Assembly (NCBI GenBank): GCA_965370415.1
Contig: CBDUTJ010000004.1
Span: 30,665 to 94,664, forward strand
Direction: 5' to 3'
Length of the DNA: 64,000 nucleotides
Origin: an uncultured bacterium
GTDB taxonomy: Bacteria; Cloacimonadota; Cloacimonadia; Cloacimonadales; TCS61
The stretch's first letter is position 1. Each line of letters starts with the position of its first letter. The notes under the pieces are model-generated. The model did no database searches, was not told where the DNA came from, and worked only from the letters and a program-made list of their open reading frames with translations. This document shows, piece by piece, positions 27,900-34,193 of this stretch. The position numbers were made by a program, and so were the translations under genes.

Positions 27900-29899
27900 A
27901 TATTATCTTTTTTGTTTAATGCAGTTTCAATATTATTAAAAACCTTTTGAAATAACTTTTCGCCTTCTTTTTGTATCACAGACAGATCAGTCCATTCTAA
28001 CATCCTTCGAAATTTCATATTATTTTTTCCACAAATTTCAGCAAGAGAAAGTAAGAGTTGGGAAGCATTAATGTTAGCGGTCATAAAAAGGTTCTGATTA
28101 TAAGTTATGGAATATTCAGCGAACATTATACCAACTCGGTTTTCATAAGCGATATCAAGTGAACCTTCCGGTGTATCAATCATCATTGTTGCAGGATTGT
28201 TTTTATCGGATAAGTAAATAGCTAATGACATTCTTAATGCGATATCCAAAAAGAATCTTTGGCTTTCTGAAAGTTGAAATGATTCAGTTCTTGCGAGATC
28301 TTGGAGTTCCAAAACAAGCTTAATTGATTTATTAGTACGCATTGGTCTAATGTTTAAATCAAGCCCGATGAAACTTCTAGCTAACTTTTTGAAAGTAGGA
28401 ACAAAGATGGTTTCAGCTTCTTTATATGAGGCTTCTATTTTTTTTAGAAGTCTTTCATATTCAGGTTTTATCTTATCCCTTTTAATATATTCATCTTTAG
28501 CTTCCTGATCAGCTAATTCATATTGTTTCTTATATTGATTAATAAGAGCATCAACTCCTATATCTCCTGTTCCTTTAAATGAGATATCTGGATGATCTTC
28601 TAAAAACTCCTCAATATGATCTTTTATTCTAGTTAATTCAATCTCGGACTTGTCAAGTTCAACCTTTTTGCCATCAACTTCAAGAATTAAGTTGTCTAAT
28701 TCAGAATTTTTTTGTGATATTTTCTCATCATTGTTTTGAATTAACTTCAGAAGGTTATGTTGTTCTGAATTATTTGATTCATTAATGATAGTATTACACA
28801 ATGGACATTTTTCTTTATGAATATTTCTATTTATACTATCAACTATATGAGAACCCCCGGAACCACACAAACAACATTCTTTATTCTTAATTGATAATTG
28901 AACATTAGTGTTTTCCAAAAGATTAGAGCGGGGTTTAGAGTATTTGGAGAATAGTCTTGTATGCTCGATTCGAAGTTGCATTATTTCAGAATTGATATGA
29001 CTTTGCTTTTTCAGCATAGAATCATACTCAATTTTTATATTACTATAAACTTGTTCAGCTTTCTCAAGGTCTTTATTATATCTTTCAAATTCTTTTTCTA
29101 ATTTTTCTAAGTCAGGTACTTTTGCACCCTTGATTTTTTGCGTCAATTCTTCAATTTTCTTTTTCGCTTTTGTTGATTCCCATCTGAGATTTCGTGCATT
29201 TGATTCATGCTTTTCCATTTTTCGAGTCAATTCCAACACTTTATCTACATCATCAGGGTCCGAATTAAAAGCAATTGCTAATGCATGTGATGAAGCTCGA
29301 TCATCCCAGAAAATCATCCTTCTGTTTTCATCAAATGTAAAGACATACAATTGATAAAAGATAAAGTAGTCAAAACTTGTAAATCCGATCTCTGAGGATA
29401 GTGATGTTTGAAAAATTGACTTAAGTTCTTTTGGACTTTTATTAATAGTATTAATTAATGAAGTTTTCTTTTGTCCATCATTTTTATAAATTTCCAGAAG
29501 CCGTAGTTCTTCCCTTTCAAAAAAACCACGTATAATTCTAAAAATTTTATTGTTGATTGTGAATAGAATTTCTATTTCTGCTTTCTCCTCGTCCCTTTTA
29601 TCAATTCTTCCTATAAAATATCTGTCTGTGTATCGTTTATTGTTTACAACAATTTCACTTGGTGAATATACTTCTATGTTTGGTTCTAAAACAATACCTG
29701 TCAGACCGTAATTAATCGCATTCAAGAAAGTTGTTTTACCTAAACCATTAGCACCAGCAAGACAATAGACTCCATCATTAATCTCCTCGTTTACTTCATA
29801 TAATTCCCCATCTTTCTTAAATAATGAAAAATTCCGAATAATCACTTTTTCAATCTTTGGGAAATTATATATTCCTGAGTTTTTTATTTTCTCTTCCAA
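27896..29899 (-). CDS. SMC/Rad50-like ABC ATPase with a long coiled-coil insert carrying a Cys4 zinc-ribbon-like motif
   Basis: 667 aa. Walker A is GANGLGKTT (aa 49-57, DNA 29729-29755). A Lys/Glu-rich coiled coil spans about aa 215-500 and carries CCLC-x19-CPLC (aa 342-368, DNA 28796-28876). The ABC signature-like motif is QLSESQ (aa 542-547) and Walker B/D-loop is MMIDTPEGSLD (aa 572-582). TTG start with AAGAGG 5 nt upstream; the next in-frame Met is aa 195. Confidence 0.8.
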   Translation of the reverse strand: MEEKIKNSGIYNFPKIEKVIIRNFSLFKKDGELYEVNEEINDGVYCLAGANGLGKTTFLNAINYGLTGIVLEPNIEVYSPSEIVVNNKRYTDRYFIGRIDKRDEEKAEIEILFTINNKIFRIIRGFFEREELRLLEIYKNDGQKKTSLINTINKSPKELKSIFQTSLSSEIGFTSFDYFIFYQLYVFTFDENRRMIFWDDRASSHALAIAFNSDPDDVDKVLELTRKMEKHESNARNLRWESTKAKKKIEELTQKIKGAKVPDLEKLEKEFERYNKDLEKAEQVYSNIKIEYDSMLKKQSHINSEIMQLRIEHTRLFSKYSKPRSNLLENTNVQLSIKNKECCLCGSGGSHIVDSINRNIHKEKCPLCNTIINESNNSEQHNLLKLIQNNDEKISQKNSELDNLILEVDGKKVELDKSEIELTRIKDHIEEFLEDHPDISFKGTGDIGVDALINQYKKQYELADQEAKDEYIKRDKIKPEYERLLKKIEASYKEAETIFVPTFKKLARSFIGLDLNIRPMRTNKSIKLVLELQDLARTESFQLSESQRFFLDIALRMSLAIYLSDKNNPATMMIDTPEGSLDIAYENRVGIMFAEYSITYNQNLFMTANINASQLLLSLAEICGKNNMKFRRMLEWTDLSVIQKEGEKLFQKVFNNIETALNKKDNI

Positions 29900-30024
29900 A
29901 AAAACCTCTTACAAAATTTTATTATGTCTTTTTCTACTAAGAAAAAAGCCATTTAGATGTCAAGAAGGTTAGTTCTTTGACCTCATAAACGGGTATAACA
30001 TCTGCATGCCACGTCCACCTAAAT

Positions 30025-30071
30025 GGTATACATAACTAACCTATAGATATGATTAAAGGTATACATTAACT
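30025..30071 (-). promoter_or_regulatory. Two direct copies of GGTATACAT(A/T)AACT upstream of the ATPase gene (candidate operator/promoter element)
   Basis: GGTATACATAACT at 30025-30037 and GGTATACATTAACT at 30058-30071 start 33 nt apart. Each contains the palindrome GTATAC. They lie 125-170 nt upstream of the TTG start at 29899 and downstream of the glnA stop. Confidence 0.3.
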
Positions 30072-30138
30072 CTTGTAATCAAAGTTATCACCTACTATTT
30101 AAATATCGACATTTAAATTATCCAGGTGGCTATTTTTT

Positions 30139-31563
30139 TCACAAACTATAATACAAATTCATTTCATAAGGATGCGGTCTATTTCGCACAGCAACCACTT
30201 CCTTCATTTTTTCTATTATCCAGGTATCAATAAGTTCCTTGTTGAAAACATCTCCGGCAAGAAGATAATTATAATCTTTTTTTAATGCTTGTAGGGCTTC
30301 TTCCAAACTTGTGGGAATAGAATGCAGTCTTGCCTGCTTCTTTTCTGACCATTTGAATACATTACCATCAAACGGACCGTAACCATTTTCGGGAGTTGGC
30401 ATTATTTTATTTTTTATTCCGTCCAGTCCCGCCATTAGAAGAGCACTCATTGCCAGGTAATAATTACAGGTTCCGTCACCGGTACGGAACTCGATGCGCT
30501 TCATTTCTTTGCTGGTGGCATATTTGGGTATTCGGATAGCTGCACTGCGGTTGGCTAAGCCAAAAAATAATTTAACCGGAGCTTCAAAACCAGGAAGCAG
30601 CCGTTTAAACGAATTCGTGCTGGGGTTCGTGAAAGCTGTTAGTGAGCGCCCGTGCTTCAATATTCCACCAATAAAATAGAGAGCTTCTTCCGAAAGATCA
30701 GCATAATTTCCTTTTTTATAAAAAAGATTCTCTCCATTTTTTCTTAATTGAATATGGAAGTGCATGCCGTTTCCAGTTTCATCATAAATTGGTTTCGGCA
30801 TAAAGGTGGCAGTAAGTTCATTTTCCAGGGCACAATTATGAATTATATCTTTAATATACATCATCTTATCTGTAATTTCGTTAAATTCGATCAAGTCGGT
30901 TTCAATCTCCTGTTGACCGGAAAGCCCAACTTCATGATGGTGATAACGGATAGGACAGCCGATCTCTTCGATCATTTGAACCATCTCTTCACGGATATCG
31001 GCAAACTTATCGAACGGAACATCGATGTGATATCCTTTACGGTTGGCCACGGCAGTTCCATCTATATCTTCATAACTACCAGGCAGGTCGTCTTTATTTT
31101 CGGCAGAAGTAAATTTGTATCCTGCGCTGAATTTACCATTGTAGATTTCCGCTTCATTGAACAGGTAGAATTCAAATTCCGGGATCCAATAGGATTCATC
31201 GGCAATACCTGTCTTCTTCATGAATTCCTGGGCACGTTTAGCCAGGCTGCGCGGGTCTTTTTTAACTCCCTTCCTGGTATCGGCATCACAAATATAGGAA
31301 AGCATCCGCAAGGTGGGATGATATGTAAATGGATCAACAATAGCTGTGGCAATATCCGGCAGGAGTACCATATCGCCGGCTTCCACAGATTTCATGCCGG
31401 GAATGCTGGAGCCATCAAATGGAATACCGTTCTCAATAATATATTCCAGTCTGCGTGTTGGAAAAGAAATGTGATACCAGTTTCCTATCAGGTCAGAATA
31501 TTTAAGATCGATAGTTTTGATCTGGTTTTCTTCAATGATCTTTTTTACATTTTCTAAGTTCAT
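30139..31563 (-). CDS. glnA: Glutamine synthetase, type I
   Basis: GS-I N-terminal beta-grasp (DLKYSDLIGNWYHISFP) and catalytic-region motifs (KPIYDETGNGMHFHIQL, NPSTNSFKRL). I prefer the ATG at 31563 (MNLENV..., GGAG 6 nt upstream) over the ORF-track TTG at 31575. Confidence 0.9.
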   Translation of the reverse strand: MNLENVKKIIEENQIKTIDLKYSDLIGNWYHISFPTRRLEYIIENGIPFDGSSIPGMKSVEAGDMVLLPDIATAIVDPFTYHPTLRMLSYICDADTRKGVKKDPRSLAKRAQEFMKKTGIADESYWIPEFEFYLFNEAEIYNGKFSAGYKFTSAENKDDLPGSYEDIDGTAVANRKGYHIDVPFDKFADIREEMVQMIEEIGCPIRYHHHEVGLSGQQEIETDLIEFNEITDKMMYIKDIIHNCALENELTATFMPKPIYDETGNGMHFHIQLRKNGENLFYKKGNYADLSEEALYFIGGILKHGRSLTAFTNPSTNSFKRLLPGFEAPVKLFFGLANRSAAIRIPKYATSKEMKRIEFRTGDGTCNYYLAMSALLMAGLDGIKNKIMPTPENGYGPFDGNVFKWSEKKQARLHSIPTSLEEALQALKKDYNYLLAGDVFNKELIDTWIIEKMKEVVAVRNRPHPYEMNLYYSL

Positions 31564-31607
31564 AATTATCTCCAATTTTTGTTTATTATTTTTATTCTTT
31601 CGTCACT

Positions 31608-31753
31608 GTGAGAAATTACTTTCACTTTCCGAAGCTTCCTAAAAAAAGAATTCTCTCAATTAAGATTCGGAAAGTTTTCTCACGACCGGATTTTCCAATC
31701 CTTCTTCATCTCAACCTTCCGAATCTTCTGACATGAAATAAGCTTCGGAAGGT
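31608..31753 (-). promoter_or_regulatory. glnA upstream region with four TTCCGAA/TTCGGAA-core segments able to form alternative hairpins
   Basis: CTTTCCGAA (31625-31633) pairs with TTCGGAAAG (31666-31674). That helix is extended by GTGAGAAA (31608-31615) pairing with TTTCTCAC (31676-31683). ACCTTCCGAA (31714-31723) pairs with TTCGGAAGGT (31744-31753). Cross-pairings 1:4 (TTCCGAAGCTT / AAGCTTCGGAA) and 2:3 (GATTCGGAA / TTCCGAATC) are also possible. Confidence 0.3.
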
Positions 31754-31776
31754 AGTTAAGATAACTCGCAAAGACA

Positions 31777-32427
31777 TTATAGCGTTATTCCGGTTAAAAG
31801 TTTTAAGAAAAAATTCAAGGGCGGCATAATGATAGCGCCTATTATATTCAGTCTGAAAACAAACGAAACAGCTAGGATTATCATCAGGATCTGTGCTCCC
31901 TGGCGTTCTCGTGCAGTGAATTTGAAATATGCTTCATCGGAAAGAAAGCCACCCAGGATTTTCGAACCATCCATGGGTGGGATGGGAATAAGGTTAAACA
32001 GTCCTAGAGCAAGGTTTATCAGGATGGCATAAAGCAGCATTCCCAACCAGAACTGTGTGAAGTCACTGGCATAATACATAATCTCCGGATCAAATTTTTT
32101 GATAAGATTAAAAACCACTGACAGCAGTATGGCAAGCGTAAAATTAGCAGCCGGACCTGCTGCTGCTGTAAAAGCAGTATCACGCTTATAATTTTGAAAA
32201 TTATGGGGATTAATGGGAACGGGTTTTGCCCAGCCAATGCGAGCGATAAACAACATGATAAGCCCAATGGGATCGATATGTGAAATCGGGTTCAAGGTCA
32301 GCCTGCCAGCTCGTTTCGCTGTGTCGTCCCCCAGAATATATGCTACATATCCATGGCTGAACTCGTGTACGGTGAGCGAAATCAGAAGTATCGGTAACTG
32401 GATTATTAATTGAACAATAAAATTCAT
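31777..32427 (-). CDS. Site-2 protease family (M50) zinc metalloprotease, membrane-embedded
   Basis: 216 aa and multi-TM, with HEFSHGYVA (HExxH in TM1) and a downstream LFNLIPIPPMDG (NxxPxxxxDG) motif. Confidence 0.8.
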   Translation of the reverse strand: MNFIVQLIIQLPILLISLTVHEFSHGYVAYILGDDTAKRAGRLTLNPISHIDPIGLIMLFIARIGWAKPVPINPHNFQNYKRDTAFTAAAGPAANFTLAILLSVVFNLIKKFDPEIMYYASDFTQFWLGMLLYAILINLALGLFNLIPIPPMDGSKILGGFLSDEAYFKFTARERQGAQILMIILAVSFVFRLNIIGAIIMPPLNFFLKLLTGITL

Positions 32428-32487
32428 TTTGCCTCATTATTTTCTCGTATCCAAGCAATGGGCAGGACACGAGAATTAGTTATTTAA

Positions 32488-32590
32488 TTTGTCTTTCTGA
32501 GGAAATCTTTTACGGATTTTCTCACGAAGAATCTCAAATTATCAATAGATCCTGCGTCTCTTAACAAGAAGAATATCTCAGGATGACAAA
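32488..32590. repeat. About 100-bp intergenic element with imperfect terminal inverted repeats, related to the element at 52503-52771
   Basis: The left end TTTGTCTTTCTGAGG (32488-32502) matches the reverse complement of the right end CTCAGGATGACAAA (32577-32590) at 12 of 14 positions. The internal GAGGAAATCTTTTACGGATTTTCTCACGAAGAATCTC resembles 52659-52697. Confidence 0.4.
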
Positions 32591-32616
32591 TTTCACTTAT
32601 TTTTCTATATTTTCTT

Positions 32617-32640
32617 GTTTCCAAGCACCAGCTTGGAAAC
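32617..32640 (-). terminator. Perfect 10-bp hairpin 10 nt downstream of the tyrS stop (terminator candidate without U-tract)
   Basis: GTTTCCAAGC-ACCA-GCTTGGAAAC. On the tyrS sense strand it is followed by A-rich rather than U-rich sequence. Confidence 0.4.
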
Positions 32641-32649
32641 ATCGTCAAG

Positions 32650-33846
32650 TTACTTCAAAACTTTCAAAAAGCGTCTTTTTCCTACTTTTATCACAGATTC
32701 TTTATCAACTTCAAAAAAGATATCATCTATCTTTTTATCATCGATACTGACAGCGTTCTGTTTTATTAATCGTTTTACTTCGCCGTTCGATGCGCAAATT
32801 CCAGCTTTAACCAGAAGTTCAGTGATCCCCATTTTTGTGGTTTTCAGCTTGAATTCAGGCATTTCATCGGGTATTTCCTTTTTGGCAAATATCTTATTGA
32901 ATTCCTGCTCCGCTTCCAGTGCAGCATTCTCACCGTGATAAAGCGTGACTATTTCTCTCGCCAGTTGTTGTTTTATTACTTTGGGATTTACTTCATTGTT
33001 CTTTAGTTGCTCCGCAATTCTCTCAATTTCTTGCAGTGTTGCCTTTGTTGCATAATTGAAATAGTTGATGATCAATTCATCTGGGATGGACATGGTTTTG
33101 CCATATTTATCTTTAGGGGTATCGAACACGGCAATGTAATTATTTAATGATTTACTCATTTTCTCTTTGCCGTCGGTTCCCATCAAAATGGGTGAGAGGA
33201 CGGCTACCTGTTCGGGCTGGTTAAAAAACCTTTGCATATCTCTTCCTGCCAGGATATTGAATTTCTGTTCGGTGGCACCCAATTCTACATCTGCATTAAT
33301 TGCCACAGAATCGTAACTCTGCAGGATGGGATACATCATTTCATGCATGCCTAGTGGAAGACCCTTTTCGTACCTGCTTCGGAAAGTTTCGTGAGCCATA
33401 AATTGTGCTAAAGTAAATTTCCCCATTAATTTCAATACATCTTCCATGGTCATGCTGCCAAACCATTCGGTCTGCCAGCGGACTTCGGTTTTATTTTTAT
33501 CCAGAACGGTATAAAGCTGATCCATATATTTTTCAGCATTATTTTTAACCTGCTCCGCAGTAAGATGAGGACGGGTTTCATCTTTTCCTGAGGGGTCACC
33601 GATCTGTGCTGTGAAATCTCCGATGATGATGACACCGGTGTGACCCAGATCCTGGAAATCACGCATTTTACGAATGGGAACCAGGTGCCCGATATGTACA
33701 TCATAACCGGTGGGATCGATGCCGTATTTTATCCTGAGAGGTTTTCCTGTTTTTTCTGCTATTTCAAACTTCTTAGTTAATTCTTCTTCGATGATTATTT
33801 CTTCTACACCTTTCCGAATTAATTTCATTTCTTTTTCAAATTTCAT
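32650..33846 (-). CDS. tyrS: Tyrosyl-tRNA synthetase
   Basis: Class I motifs HIGHLV and KMSKS, plus a C-terminal S4-like domain (GEVKRLIKQNAVSID). The ORF-track start is a GTG at 33861. I prefer the ATG at 33846 (MKFEKEMKL..., GAGGAAG upstream). The start remains uncertain within 11 codons. Confidence 0.9.
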   Translation of the reverse strand: MKFEKEMKLIRKGVEEIIIEEELTKKFEIAEKTGKPLRIKYGIDPTGYDVHIGHLVPIRKMRDFQDLGHTGVIIIGDFTAQIGDPSGKDETRPHLTAEQVKNNAEKYMDQLYTVLDKNKTEVRWQTEWFGSMTMEDVLKLMGKFTLAQFMAHETFRSRYEKGLPLGMHEMMYPILQSYDSVAINADVELGATEQKFNILAGRDMQRFFNQPEQVAVLSPILMGTDGKEKMSKSLNNYIAVFDTPKDKYGKTMSIPDELIINYFNYATKATLQEIERIAEQLKNNEVNPKVIKQQLAREIVTLYHGENAALEAEQEFNKIFAKKEIPDEMPEFKLKTTKMGITELLVKAGICASNGEVKRLIKQNAVSIDDKKIDDIFFEVDKESVIKVGKRRFLKVLK

Positions 33847-34193
33847 ATCTTCCTCATACACTTCTCAAATCAAGTATTCCAATAGCTTTTGCAGCTCTTT
33901 TCATGTCAACCAAAAATAGAAAACCAGCAATGCGGAAAACCTGCTTTCACCCTGGAAAGATATTTCCAGCAAAACGAAAAGACTGGCTAACAGATATTGA
34001 AATCTTATTACTTTAAGTATGTATTGGAGAGGATGAGGATTTGATTAATGCCGGCGTGTGCATACTATTATATACAGTTATCTTCAAATTTTCTGTTTCA
34101 GCAAAAGCATCTTTTTAACTTTCTTGTGATCGCCTGTTTTCAACCCCTGCTATCTCCACCTATTTAGGGGGAGAATTAAAGAGGGGGTTATGA

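Noticed and set aside
30748-31557. 269-aa plus-strand ORF
   Set aside because: It lies entirely antisense to glnA, whose protein carries unmistakable glutamine synthetase motifs. The translation is low-complexity with no motif. It is a shadow ORF.
32490-32502. The 13-nt identity with 52505-52517 taken alone as proof of a repeat family
   Set aside because: Exact 13-mers shared by chance are expected many times in a 64-kb AT-rich window. The repeat claim rests instead on the 15-bp inverted termini, the matching inverted ends of the second locus and the similar internal block.
33847-34193. T-box or other leader upstream of tyrS
   Set aside because: I found no T-box consensus (AGGGUGGUACCGCG-like) on the tyrS sense strand, only short hairpins such as CTGGAAA-GATA-TTTCCAG.
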